Notes: generated by a model from the sequence alone, not told the origin. A DNA stretch of 64,000 nucleotides from an uncultured Chromatiales bacterium (GCA_964581365.1 CAZOOF010000001.1:119962-183961); one strand, 5' to 3'. Numbered from the stretch's first letter, positions 11,354 to 20,817 are shown. Numbers and translations are program-made.

Positions 11354-13879
11354 CTAGAAGTTGAGGGTCAGCCCCGTGGTCACCATCAGTCGACGGTAAT
11401 CACTCAGCGAAGAACTCTGCAGACCTTCGATGATGTCCTCGGCGCCGAGAATGAATCCTACCGGCAGATTGGAGCTGTTGAGCGTGTAGGAAGCCGTGGC
11501 GAACAAGCCGACGTTCTCGCGGAAACGCCAGCGCACACCGGTAGCCAGACTGTGACGCGTGTTACGCCGGTGTCTGGTGAACTGAGAAAATGAATCCGGA
11601 TTGATGTAGTCGAGCAGGCTCAGGCCGTAATTGGCGTTGAACGCGCCCCACGCAGTACGGTAATCCATCCCCAACGACAGACTGTGCATGGTATAGGCAT
11701 AGTCGTTGCCGATCGGCAGTTTGTTATCGTTGATCACATACTGGTACCCCATGCGCAGCTGACTGGCAGGGGTCAGCGCTTGGGCGACAGCAAGCCCGGC
11801 AGCCGCAGTGCGCGCGCTGAAAAACGGACTGCTCTCACCGTCGTAATCACTCAAGGAAAGCGTCGCTGTAATGCTGCTCGGCATCCAGTCGCCCCGGAAC
11901 GGGTGCAGCACTGACGGCAGTGTCATGCGGGTGAACCCTTCGGCGAACAGGGTGTTCATACGGCCGACGCGGCTCTCGGTCAGTAAGCCTTCGCTGCTGC
12001 GGTGAGTAAATCCGCCGAGCAGATTGAAGCGGCCTCGTGTCAGACCGGCCGACAGGGTTGCTGTTGTGTGAAGATAGTCGAACTGTCCCCGGTGGTAAGT
12101 CGAGTAGGTCGGCGCGAACAGCAGACGCCAGCGGATCCCGCCTTCCGTCTTGTACTGGTAGGCCAGGTTCAGCGACAGATCGGAACGAAGGTCCTCGACC
12201 CGGCGCTGATCGCCGAGATTGATGTTGTCGTCCCATGCCATGAGATAGCTGGCATTGACTGACAGACCACGCATCCGGCGACGCGCGCTATCCATCGCGC
12301 GCCGCGCCATCTCGGCAACGTGGGGCGGGGGGTTGGCCTGGAGGATCTTGGCATATTCCGAAATCGCGTCCTCTTCGCGATTCAGCCGCTCGTAGCTCGC
12401 CGCCAGATTGAGCCGCGCGCCAACATGAGTCGGGACGATGCGGATCACTTCCTGGTAGGCATCGACGGCACGCAGGATCTGCTCTTCCTGCGCGTAGATC
12501 AAACCGAGATAGAAGTGCGCCAGCTCATTGTCGGGGTCGGCAGCGAGTATCTCCTCGAACTGCTGACCAGCTTCGCGGAATCGCCCTTCGACGTACATCT
12601 GCTTGGCCACCACCAGCTGCAGATTGCCAAGCGCGCGCTCGCGGGTCGGCGCGTCAGCGTCCAGTTCGAGCACGGCGCCATACTCGGCGGTCGCCTCGGC
12701 GAAACGGCCCAGATTGTCGTATATGGAGGCCAGGGCAAAGCGAATGCGCCAGTCGTCCGGATCGATTCTTCTGATCTCCTCGAACGACTCCGCGGCGGCC
12801 GCCTCATCCCCATGCTGCAGGTGCAGGAGACCCAGCTCGCGCCATGCTTCGGGATCGTCCGGCGTATCGCGCACACGTTCCTGCTGACGCTCTATACGGG
12901 CCCGCAGCCGCTCTTCAGCGACCTTCCTGCCGGCCTCGGTAGAGCCGAGGCGCCGCAGGATGCTCTGCAGACGGGCGGCGAGCGCCTCCCCGGGACGCAG
13001 GAGAGCAACCGCTTCTACCTGCTCATAGGCATCGTGCAGACTGCCCTGCTCGAGCGCCAGTTCCGCCAGCCGGAGACGCGAAGCTGCGTCGTCGGGATAG
13101 GCTTCGACGATACGGCGATATGTTCCGAGTTCGGCCTCGACATCCGCCATGACACGATACACGGCCGCAACCCCGATGAGGGCATCCCGATCATTCGGCT
13201 CGAGGTCCAGCGCCCGCTGGTAGGTTGCCAGCGCTTCGTGCAGATTACCCTGCTCCCTGAGCAGACGTGCCTCGATCACCAGCAGACGCACCTGCGCCCG
13301 TCTGCCCGCCGCGCTCTCGGGGGCAAGTTCCACCGCCTGTGCCAGGCGTTCGACAGCGCGCCCGAACTCCCCCCGCATCTCATGGACACTGGCCAGATTG
13401 ATGTAGGCGTTGATGTAGTCGGGGTCGATCCCGATCACCCGCTCGAATGCCGCCAGCGCCTCGTCCGATTCACCCCGGAGCATCTGCGCCACGCCCACGC
13501 TGTAGATGATCAAGGCATTGTCGGGATATTCGCGCGCCAGCTGGGTGAAGATCTCCAGAGCCTGATCCAGCTCCTGCCGTTCCGCATGACGCGTGGCGAT
13601 CAGATACCGCATGCTGCGGCTGGCCTCCCGGCCGACGGCACTATCCTCGCCGGCGATATCAATCGCGATGCGATACTGGGCAATCGCATCATCTGTCCTG
13701 CCGGCAGCAGAGTATGCTTCGGCAAGCCGGAGGCGAAGGTTCGCATCCTCGCGATTCGCATCGATCGCCTGCTCGAGCATGATCGTCCGATCATCCGCGG
13801 CAGCCCAGGGCGAGAATGCCGGCGTCGCCACCAGGAGCGATGCCGCGGTCATCAACAGGATGCGGTGCAGTTGCGCCAT
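11354..13879 (-). CDS. TPR-repeat protein with C-terminal outer-membrane beta-barrel (Slam/DUF560-like)
   Basis: Signal peptide; ~500 aa of TPRs (e.g. AHFYLGLIYAQ...AVDAYQEVIRIVP); last ~305 aa beta-rich, starting AWDDNIN and ending GLTLNF. Confidence 0.78.
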   Translation of the reverse strand: MAQLHRILLMTAASLLVATPAFSPWAAADDRTIMLEQAIDANREDANLRLRLAEAYSAAGRTDDAIAQYRIAIDIAGEDSAVGREASRSMRYLIATRHAERQELDQALEIFTQLAREYPDNALIIYSVGVAQMLRGESDEALAAFERVIGIDPDYINAYINLASVHEMRGEFGRAVERLAQAVELAPESAAGRRAQVRLLVIEARLLREQGNLHEALATYQRALDLEPNDRDALIGVAAVYRVMADVEAELGTYRRIVEAYPDDAASRLRLAELALEQGSLHDAYEQVEAVALLRPGEALAARLQSILRRLGSTEAGRKVAEERLRARIERQQERVRDTPDDPEAWRELGLLHLQHGDEAAAAESFEEIRRIDPDDWRIRFALASIYDNLGRFAEATAEYGAVLELDADAPTRERALGNLQLVVAKQMYVEGRFREAGQQFEEILAADPDNELAHFYLGLIYAQEEQILRAVDAYQEVIRIVPTHVGARLNLAASYERLNREEDAISEYAKILQANPPPHVAEMARRAMDSARRRMRGLSVNASYLMAWDDNINLGDQRRVEDLRSDLSLNLAYQYKTEGGIRWRLLFAPTYSTYHRGQFDYLHTTATLSAGLTRGRFNLLGGFTHRSSEGLLTESRVGRMNTLFAEGFTRMTLPSVLHPFRGDWMPSSITATLSLSDYDGESSPFFSARTAAAGLAVAQALTPASQLRMGYQYVINDNKLPIGNDYAYTMHSLSLGMDYRTAWGAFNANYGLSLLDYINPDSFSQFTRHRRNTRHSLATGVRWRFRENVGLFATASYTLNSSNLPVGFILGAEDIIEGLQSSSLSDYRRLMVTTGLTLNF

Positions 13880-13880
13880 C

Positions 13881-14822
13881 TCAGAAGTACATGTTCACGC
13901 GAATGGCCATGCGCCAGCCGTCGAAGCCGAGCTCCATCGGACGGTAGGTCACGTCACTGTACGAACGCACCTCCGCAAGGTACGTCAGGCGCTGCTCGGC
14001 ATTGAGCTGCGCTGGCGTCCGGAAATTCAGATTGTCCTCGGCCTGAATGTCGGTGCTCAGGCTGGCATTGCCGAGTTCGAATCGGCGCAGGCTGAGCGTG
14101 TAACCGAGATCAGCGCCTATCGACAACCAGTCGAGGAAAAAGTACTCGCCGCCAAGCCCGAGCTGAGCCATGAGCAACCCTGTAGCCTGCGACTCCATGA
14201 CGATGATGCGCTTGAAGGTCTCGGTACCGGTATCGAATCCAAAGACGAGATCTTCCTTGTAATCGATATCGAAGATCTCGTGCAGGGCCAGGCGGCCGTG
14301 CAGCCGGAACTTCTTGGCTTCCGACAGCAGGGTCCGCTGCCAGCCGAGGAAGTACTGAAAATACGAGATCCGCCCGGAGCGCTCGTATCCGACCGGCGTC
14401 ATCACTCCCTGGAAGGGCATCTCGGTACGAACCGAAGATGTCGAACCGCCCTCCCAGACACTGGCGCCGAAAAACAGAGTGTTCCGCTCGTCGAGCCTGA
14501 GGCCGATCTCGAGCCCGCCTTCGGTCCCGCTCCTCATCTCCGGCAGCGGATTGTCGACCACGAAATCGAAGTCCTGACCGGCATCGGCCTGATCGAAGAT
14601 CAGTCGACCGCGCCCCGGCAGCGGCGCCCTGAACTCTCCCTTGTTGAGAGCGGTGAGCCGCGGACTGTGCACGCCGAGTACCGGTGATACGCTCCAGAGC
14701 CGATCATCCGCGCTGACCGTGCCCCCGGCGGCGGACATCAGCAGAAATACAGAGCATCCCACCGCCACACCACGGCGGGCTCCCCGTTGTTCTTCACCCC
14801 GTCGCGGGTGATCGGCTGTCAT
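13881..14822 (-). CDS. Hypothetical outer-membrane beta-barrel protein
   Basis: Signal-peptide-like N-terminus, amphipathic strands (QLGLGGEYF, LSIGADLGY), terminal Phe (RVNMYF); 1 bp from the next gene. Confidence 0.7.
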   Translation of the reverse strand: MTADHPRRGEEQRGARRGVAVGCSVFLLMSAAGGTVSADDRLWSVSPVLGVHSPRLTALNKGEFRAPLPGRGRLIFDQADAGQDFDFVVDNPLPEMRSGTEGGLEIGLRLDERNTLFFGASVWEGGSTSSVRTEMPFQGVMTPVGYERSGRISYFQYFLGWQRTLLSEAKKFRLHGRLALHEIFDIDYKEDLVFGFDTGTETFKRIIVMESQATGLLMAQLGLGGEYFFLDWLSIGADLGYTLSLRRFELGNASLSTDIQAEDNLNFRTPAQLNAEQRLTYLAEVRSYSDVTYRPMELGFDGWRMAIRVNMYF

Positions 14823-14833
14823 TACCGGGATCC

Positions 14834-16381
14834 TCAGAAGGTATAGCGGAATTCCGCAAAGACGCGATCATTGCCGCTGAAATTGCCGAAAAACTGTGCG
14901 CTCTGCTCGATCGTATTGCCCCCCGTGATCGGCGAGGTTCCGCCACCGATACCCAGCTGCGAGGCCTCGCCGAAGAACAGATCGAAGCCGGCAGCGATCT
15001 GAAAATGATCGGTTACATTCATGATGAGCTTGGGCTTGAGGTAAAGCTCTTCCATGTTGATCAGAGCAATGGCCAAGAGCTGGAGCACCATCGATTGCTG
15101 CGGCATCGGCTTGCGCAGGAACAGGGTGAGGGAAGTATCCAGCCGGTCCTGAATCATGCGCTCGTCATGCCCGAGGATTACCCACTGCGTTATCGCCGGC
15201 GCGAAATCGATACCCCAGCGCTGGAACTCGTACCCGATGCCCCAGCGGACATGACGCCGCTGCAGCACGCCCTGGCTGTCGAGGAAACCGTCGCCATCGA
15301 TGTCGCTGTCATTGCGCAGTCCGAAGTACTTGTCGGGCACATAGGCCGCCTCGAGTTTCAGCACCCCTTCACCAAGCGGTCGCACCGCCGTGGCTCCGTA
15401 GATGTTGATCCGGGTATAGGCGGGAAAGAACGTCGGTTCGAGCGCCGTTTCGATCATCGCCGAGCGGAACAGTACCGGGAAGTCGTCCCAGGTATAAAAC
15501 CAGCTGAAGGACACATCCGTTTCCAGCAGACGCGTCGAATACCGCAGCCCGATCTCCGAATTGCGGAAATTGCGGCCCGGATAGCGTGTCACCTCATTGC
15601 CGTCAGGATCGGTGATGCGCTGCAGCAGCTCCCACTCCGAACCTGGCGGCGCCGGTTCATGAAAGCGCAGATCCGGTATCCACAGGAACTGCAGATCGCT
15701 GCCATTGTCAGTGTACCAGTCGAGCTTGACGGTCCATAAGGGGATCCGGTAATCGAGCAGATCCGGGAGGATCAGCTCGCGGAAATCCATCGGATTGATC
15801 TCGTCGGTAATGCGAACGCCTTCAAGCACGCCCCAGACGACGAACTGCCTGCCGACGCGCAGATCGAAGCGATCAAAGTACATATCGAGATACAGCTCAC
15901 GGACCGCCATTACCGGCGAATCCTTTTCCTCGGCGAGGTTGTCGATGAATACCAGAGGCTGATCGGAATCACGCGCGAAGCGCGCGCTGATCGTCCGGTA
16001 GTCGAACAGTTCGTAGGCGAGATCGTGATAAGCCCAGGCGGAGAACCCGAGCCGCATCCCTGGCGTGAACCCCCAGGTTCCGTCCACGTTGATGATGTTG
16101 CGAATCTTGGTGATGGAACGCGGTTCGCTGAAACGGAACGCGGTCTCGTTCTTGAGGTAGCCGCCGATATCCAGCCCTTCGAGCCAGGAAAAGCGCGACT
16201 TCTCTGCCGCCGCTATCTCGGCAGAGAAGTCCGGACTATCGGAAGGAATCGTCGCGCGACCATCGGCAGCGATGGCCGGAGTCAGGAAAGCGGGGGCAAT
16301 GGCCGTCAGTGCAAGGGCAGAAAATGAAAGCGGTCGAATCGCCGCGGAACGTATCAGACGGGCTCCTTGCATTTCGCGCAC
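14834..16381 (-). CDS. Outer-membrane porin-like protein (DUF1302-like)
   Basis: Signal peptide; RELYLD...DLRVGRQFVVWG...D.INP.D pattern; ends VFAEFRYTF. Confidence 0.75.
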   Translation of the reverse strand: MREMQGARLIRSAAIRPLSFSALALTAIAPAFLTPAIAADGRATIPSDSPDFSAEIAAAEKSRFSWLEGLDIGGYLKNETAFRFSEPRSITKIRNIINVDGTWGFTPGMRLGFSAWAYHDLAYELFDYRTISARFARDSDQPLVFIDNLAEEKDSPVMAVRELYLDMYFDRFDLRVGRQFVVWGVLEGVRITDEINPMDFRELILPDLLDYRIPLWTVKLDWYTDNGSDLQFLWIPDLRFHEPAPPGSEWELLQRITDPDGNEVTRYPGRNFRNSEIGLRYSTRLLETDVSFSWFYTWDDFPVLFRSAMIETALEPTFFPAYTRINIYGATAVRPLGEGVLKLEAAYVPDKYFGLRNDSDIDGDGFLDSQGVLQRRHVRWGIGYEFQRWGIDFAPAITQWVILGHDERMIQDRLDTSLTLFLRKPMPQQSMVLQLLAIALINMEELYLKPKLIMNVTDHFQIAAGFDLFFGEASQLGIGGGTSPITGGNTIEQSAQFFGNFSGNDRVFAEFRYTF

Positions 16382-16779
16382 AGGATAACATGATCCTCTC
16401 CCGGTGCAGCGATTCCCAAGGTAGCAACCGCGCCCGCCGCCATACCATTCCCGCAGGACACACAGGTCATGTCGCGATTGAGCACGATCCGCTCCCAGGC
16501 AAGCACGCTGGAGAAGGCATCAGCCGACTTCCGCCCTGCGTCCGCGACCTGCCCGGATGAGCTGCGCGGCGCCTCATTCATGAACGCCTGCTCCAGCACG
16601 TTGCGGATCAGAATCGATACGGGGATACCGAGCTCATCGGCCCGGGCGATGACCTTGGCACGCAACTCGCGCGAGACCCGGGCTCCCAGGTAATCTTCCT
16701 TGCGCTTCATTGCTTCCCTGCGCGCCTTTTCACCCACCGATCTGGCCTGCTCCCGCATGCGCTTGGCGAAATCCTGCAT
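16354..16779 (-). CDS. Small ribbon-helix-helix (CopG-like) protein with C-terminal CxxC...CxxC zinc finger
   Basis: YLGARVSRELRAKVIARADELGIPVSILIRNVL (beta-alpha-alpha pattern); CVSC and CAKC; GGAGG before ATG 16779 (ATG 16710 is an alternative). Confidence 0.7.
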   Translation of the reverse strand: MQDFAKRMREQARSVGEKARREAMKRKEDYLGARVSRELRAKVIARADELGIPVSILIRNVLEQAFMNEAPRSSSGQVADAGRKSADAFSSVLAWERIVLNRDMTCVSCGNGMAAGAVATLGIAAPGEDHVILCAKCKEPV

Positions 16780-16802
16780 CTTTGCCTCCACTGTGCAGCA
16801 AT

Positions 16803-16851
16803 GTTTGTCAACGTATAACATGACAAACGAATGTTGTACAGATTGTACAGA
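16803..16851. promoter_or_regulatory. Candidate operator: GTTTGTCA-N10-TGACAAAC inverted repeat plus tandem TTGTACAGA x2
   Basis: Exact repeats in an AT-rich intergenic stretch just upstream of the RHH gene. Confidence 0.6.
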
Positions 16852-16875
16852 TGAGGGACGCGGGGAATGCGTAGA

Positions 16876-17721
16876 TCAGCGCTCGGACTGATAGCGCTGG
16901 ATGATGTCGGGACCGCGCTCCAGTGAACGGGCGCTGAAGAGCCCATCTTCCAGTCCGACATTGACGCGCATGTCACGCAGCTCGAATGAGGATGCCGTTC
17001 CGGATTGATGATTCCGTACCATGGAGGTCTTCCACATCCAGGCTCCATCCACCTGCTGCCAGGCGATGAACTGATCCTTCAGCAGCTGGCCGTTACCGTC
17101 GTAGTAATCGATCCGAACTGGCACACAGCCCTCCCAGTTTCCCGGATACAGGAACCAGAAGACCCGCTTGCTGTACAGGGGACGGCTCTCCCGCGGCACG
17201 CTTTCGACCACATGGACAGTCTGTCCGTCGGCGACGGTGGTTCCCCGGTAGCGATGCTCGTCCGCCTCCAGGGCGCGCGGACTCACATCGAAATAGGTGA
17301 GGTTGGAGTTGAGGAAGCTGTCTCCGGGATCCCGGATCGTGACCCGTCGGATTTTCTTGAGCAGTGGCAGATAGATCCACTGATCGACGGGGCGTCCGCT
17401 CTCGGGGGTATAGGCGACGCGCATGAATGAGGAGCCGCGCGCATCGGGAGGGAAGGTGGTGAACAGCAGCATCTTGTCCGCGACGCCGTCCTCGCCACGG
17501 TAGTCCTTCCAGAAACGGAGGTATTCGCTGCGCTTGCTGCGGCCGTCACGATCCATGAGCGTGACGGTAAAGATACCTTGCTGGTCAGCGCCCTGATACT
17601 TGACACCGCACTGGCGCATCAGCTCATCGCCGCTCAGGGATGGAAGCGGCGCTTCAGCGGCTGAAGCGGAGCTGCCTGCCCAGATCGCCAGGACACCGAT
17701 GGCGAAGGATGCCAGCCGCAA
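16876..17721 (-). CDS. Periplasmic LolA-like (outer-membrane lipoprotein-sorting family) protein
   Basis: Signal peptide; F..P.D.RG..F, DQWIYLP.LKKIRR, SFLNSNLTYFD, RIDYYD..G.LLK, NVGLEDGLFS. Start uncertain (TTG). Confidence 0.82.
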   Translation of the reverse strand: MRLASFAIGVLAIWAGSSASAAEAPLPSLSGDELMRQCGVKYQGADQQGIFTVTLMDRDGRSKRSEYLRFWKDYRGEDGVADKMLLFTTFPPDARGSSFMRVAYTPESGRPVDQWIYLPLLKKIRRVTIRDPGDSFLNSNLTYFDVSPRALEADEHRYRGTTVADGQTVHVVESVPRESRPLYSKRVFWFLYPGNWEGCVPVRIDYYDGNGQLLKDQFIAWQQVDGAWMWKTSMVRNHQSGTASSFELRDMRVNVGLEDGLFSARSLERGPDIIQRYQSER

Positions 17722-17843
17722 CGCCCCCCGGCGGCGCCCTCTCCTGCCTCCGGCTGCGATGCCGAAATCCTTTATGGCCTGATCCCCGTGATCAAATCAG
17801 GCTTCGGCCAGCAGCGACCGAAGCCCGTGAATCCCTGCCCGCA

Positions 17844-18809
17844 TCAAGGCACAGGCAGGGCCGGCGTGGGAGCCGTCGGTCCGAAAGTCGCGTGCCAGTC
17901 GAAAGGAGGCTCGTAGCCAGCACCGTCCGGCTCTATGCCGGTGCTGCTGGTGGAAAACGTGGTTGCCTCAGTGTCCGTCGTGTTATTGACGATTCCCTGA
18001 AAACCGAACTGCGACAGACCTTCACTGCCCAGATCCAGCCGCTGGCCCAGCCAGCGCACCATGACGTCGTCTCCCGCCGCCCAGGTCACCGCTGCCGGAT
18101 CCGGGCCGGTGGTCGCTCCCCCGAAGGAGGGCCCTAGATCGATGCTGCCGGCGCTGGTGAATGCACCCTGACGCCCTTCGAGGACGAAACGCTGCACATC
18201 CGTGGAGGCGGTAATCCCGTCGCCGAGGCCGACACGCTGATCGACCGTGATGGAGCGATCCGGCCCACCTGAACCGTCGATGAGCTCCATGACGAAGGTA
18301 TTACTGAACTCATCGCCCGTCGCCGCACCGCCCGGCGAAACGAAGGCTTGGGATATGGTCATCGTCGGATTGTTGCCGTCCGGAGTGGGATTTGCCCATC
18401 CGATGGCGAGCTCGCTGCTGTTGGTGAAGGTTCCCTCGGCATCCGTGGTCGCGTGCCGCTGCTGGGCAAGGATGCCGTTGCTCGCTCCGAGCTGTACGAA
18501 GCTCTCGTCTACATAGGCGAGATCGTCCGGGTCCCCGTTCGCATTGGTGTCGGTGACAATGGTCTGGATATAGGTCGCCCCATTGATGCTGTCGATCCAC
18601 TGCACCTGAATGAAGCCGTCACCGCTCGACAGAACGCTGCAGGTGAATCCCGCCGCGCACGGCGTATCTCCGCCGCCGGCTGCGCCGATCGTGCCGTTGG
18701 AGACACTCCAGTTGTCGAAAATGGGGCTGGCGGCATGAGCGGACAGCGGAAGCACCGCTGCGCATGCCAGCAGCGTTCCAGCGCTCAGCGAACGTACCTC
18801 TTTGATCAT
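17844..18809 (-). CDS. Secreted hypothetical protein (acidic, G/T/S/D-rich)
   Basis: Sec signal ending AHA; GGGAGAG upstream; one Cys pair in the mature chain; no recognised family. Confidence 0.8.
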   Translation of the reverse strand: MIKEVRSLSAGTLLACAAVLPLSAHAASPIFDNWSVSNGTIGAAGGGDTPCAAGFTCSVLSSGDGFIQVQWIDSINGATYIQTIVTDTNANGDPDDLAYVDESFVQLGASNGILAQQRHATTDAEGTFTNSSELAIGWANPTPDGNNPTMTISQAFVSPGGAATGDEFSNTFVMELIDGSGGPDRSITVDQRVGLGDGITASTDVQRFVLEGRQGAFTSAGSIDLGPSFGGATTGPDPAAVTWAAGDDVMVRWLGQRLDLGSEGLSQFGFQGIVNNTTDTEATTFSTSSTGIEPDGAGYEPPFDWHATFGPTAPTPALPVP

Positions 18810-18990
18810 CTGCTCACTCTCCCGGAGCTGCCGGCTTCATGGGGCATTCGTACCCCCGGCGCCCACAATATAAGATTGGTGTCTGGTAGAAAATCCCGTC
18901 TTCGCGCGGGGCTGCCCTATTGACCCATATGCCCCGATTTTAGCCGCTCGCCAGGACGATGTCACGCACCGGAACGAGCCGAAAACAGCC

Positions 18991-19635
18991 TCAGGAATGA
19001 CTGCCCCGGCCGCGCTCCCGCAGGTACAGATTCATGTAAATCAGGTTGTTTTGCTTACGCCCGTAGTCGATCCGACTGAGCGAGCCGTAGTCGACAGTGA
19101 GGCGCCGGTAGGCATCCAGCGGCATCGACAGCGCATCGGCCAGACACATTCTTATCGGCCCGACATGCGCCACCACCACCACCAGCTGACCGGGATGTTC
19201 GGCGATGACCTCGCGCACCGCTCCGGTGACCCGCTCCAGGTGGGCGCTTATCGGCTCCCCGCCCTCAGGCACGTAGTGGACCGGATCCCGCTTCCAGGCC
19301 TGAAATTCTTCCGGATAGTCCCTGGCGATATCGTCGAAGTAGAGTCCGTCCCATATCCCGAAGGGCCGCTCGCGCAATCCCGGATGCAGATGCAGGGAAG
19401 CACCGGTCGCTTCAACGATCGGTGCGGCGGTGCTGCGCGTGCGCTGCATCGGACTGGCGTAGACCGCAGCCACCGGTTGGCCGCGGAGCAGTTCCGCTGC
19501 GTGAGCTGCCTGCTCCACCCCTTCGGAAGTAAGCGCCGGATCCTCGCGATCGTCACAGTAAAGGCGATCGTGCGGAAAATCCGCTCTGCCGTGGCGCACG
19601 AAAATTACGCCGGTTGCCCGTTCCTTCTCTCTCAT
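18991..19635 (-). CDS. Histidine phosphatase family protein (CobC/PspA-like)
   Basis: FVRHG, YASPMQR...TA, LRERPFGIWDG, GGE, VVAH. Confidence 0.9.
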   Translation of the reverse strand: MREKERATGVIFVRHGRADFPHDRLYCDDREDPALTSEGVEQAAHAAELLRGQPVAAVYASPMQRTRSTAAPIVEATGASLHLHPGLRERPFGIWDGLYFDDIARDYPEEFQAWKRDPVHYVPEGGEPISAHLERVTGAVREVIAEHPGQLVVVVAHVGPIRMCLADALSMPLDAYRRLTVDYGSLSRIDYGRKQNNLIYMNLYLRERGRGSHS

Positions 19636-19653
19636 TGTAGCGCCCGAAAGGCC

Positions 19654-20118
19654 TCAGGTGAGGGGGCGGCTGTGAGTATGCGAGGGGCCATCGTGCGAAT
19701 GGGCAACCTCACTCACATCGACCGGCACCATATTGAGCTTGCCATGCCGCACACCCCGCTCCGCCATCACCGCATTGGCGAACCGCCGCACCTTGCTCAC
19801 CGGGCCGCGCATGAGCGCGATTTCCAGGCAGTTGTCGTGGTCCAGATGCACGTGCATGCTCGACAGGTTGAGCTCGTGATGATCATGGTGCACGCGGGTA
19901 ATCCTGCTCGCCAGCTCGAGTTCGTGATGGTTGTACACATAGCTGAGCGTGGCCACACAGTGACCGTCATCGGACTTCTCGAGGCGATCCTTCTCGAGCT
20001 GCTGCCGGATGAGATCACGCATCGCTTCCGAACGGTTGGTATAGCCCTTTTCCGCGATGAAGGCATCGAACAAACCGGCGAGGGTCGAGTCGAGCGACAT
20101 CGTTATACGTTCCATCAT
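19654..20118 (-). CDS. nikR: Nickel-responsive transcriptional regulator
   Basis: MERITMSLD, GYTNRSEAMRDLIR, YVYNHH, SMHVHLDHDNCLE, GVRHGKL; His-rich tail. Confidence 0.95.
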   Translation of the reverse strand: MMERITMSLDSTLAGLFDAFIAEKGYTNRSEAMRDLIRQQLEKDRLEKSDDGHCVATLSYVYNHHELELASRITRVHHDHHELNLSSMHVHLDHDNCLEIALMRGPVSKVRRFANAVMAERGVRHGKLNMVPVDVSEVAHSHDGPSHTHSRPLT

Positions 20119-20261
20119 GGTGTTCCCTGGTTCGTCTTGCCTGAGTTAGGAAAACTGCCGGCGACGAAACCCCGTCGCCGGCGCCTCAGAGGATTTTCTG
20201 TGCTGGCGTCATAATACCTGAAAGGGTGAGCCGCTGTCCCGGCTGTGCCGCCGTGCTATGC

Positions 20262-20281
20262 TTAACCCCCCCCCCGGGGTA
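20262..20281. promoter_or_regulatory. Candidate CsoR/RcnR-type operator (C/G-tract pseudo-palindrome)
   Basis: TTAA-C10-GGGGTA directly after a TATGCT -10-like element, ~30 bp upstream of copZ-csoR-copA. Confidence 0.65.
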
Positions 20282-20311
20282 GGGAAGGGACAGGAAAAAA
20301 CGAGGATAACC

Positions 20312-20518
20312 ATGATGACAGTACGCCTGAAAATTGAAGGGATGACCTGCAATCATTGCGTAGAAGCGGTGCGGCGGGTTCTGGCGTCCGTGCCCGGGGT
20401 AACGCGGGTGATCGAGGTCGATCGCGAACATGGAATCGCATCGGTCGAAGGTGAGCCGCGCATGGCTGACCTGATCGCGGCGGTGGAGGAAGAAGGTTAC
20501 ACCGCCCAGGCCGGATAA
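20312..20518 (+). CDS. copZ: Copper chaperone (HMA domain)
   Basis: IEGMTCNHC motif; start moved to ATG 20312. Confidence 0.88.
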   Translation: MMTVRLKIEGMTCNHCVEAVRRVLASVPGVTRVIEVDREHGIASVEGEPRMADLIAAVEEEGYTAQAG

Positions 20519-20817
20519 TGGACGACCGCGCGCACCATGACGGCCGGCTGTGCCTGGATGCCTCGGCACGCGCCGAGGCGATCCGGCGCCTGCGTTCGAT
20601 CCGTGGCCACGTCGAAGGCATCCTGCGCATGCTCGAGGATGATTCGGTCTACTGCGTGGACGTGCTCCGGCAGATCAAGGCAGTGGACGGCGCCATGAAG
20701 AAGGTGGGCAATATCGTGCTGCGCAGCCATCTGCACGATCATGTGGTCACGGCGGCCGGCCGCGGAGACACCGGCGAGATCATCGATGAGCTCATGGAAA
20801 TCCTCAAATACCGCTGA
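20518..20817 (+). CDS. csoR: CsoR/RcnR family metal-sensitive repressor
   Basis: [34 protein letters not shown]; overlaps the copZ stop codon. Confidence 0.85.
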   Translation: MDDRAHHDGRLCLDASARAEAIRRLRSIRGHVEGILRMLEDDSVYCVDVLRQIKAVDGAMKKVGNIVLRSHLHDHVVTAAGRGDTGEIIDELMEILKYR

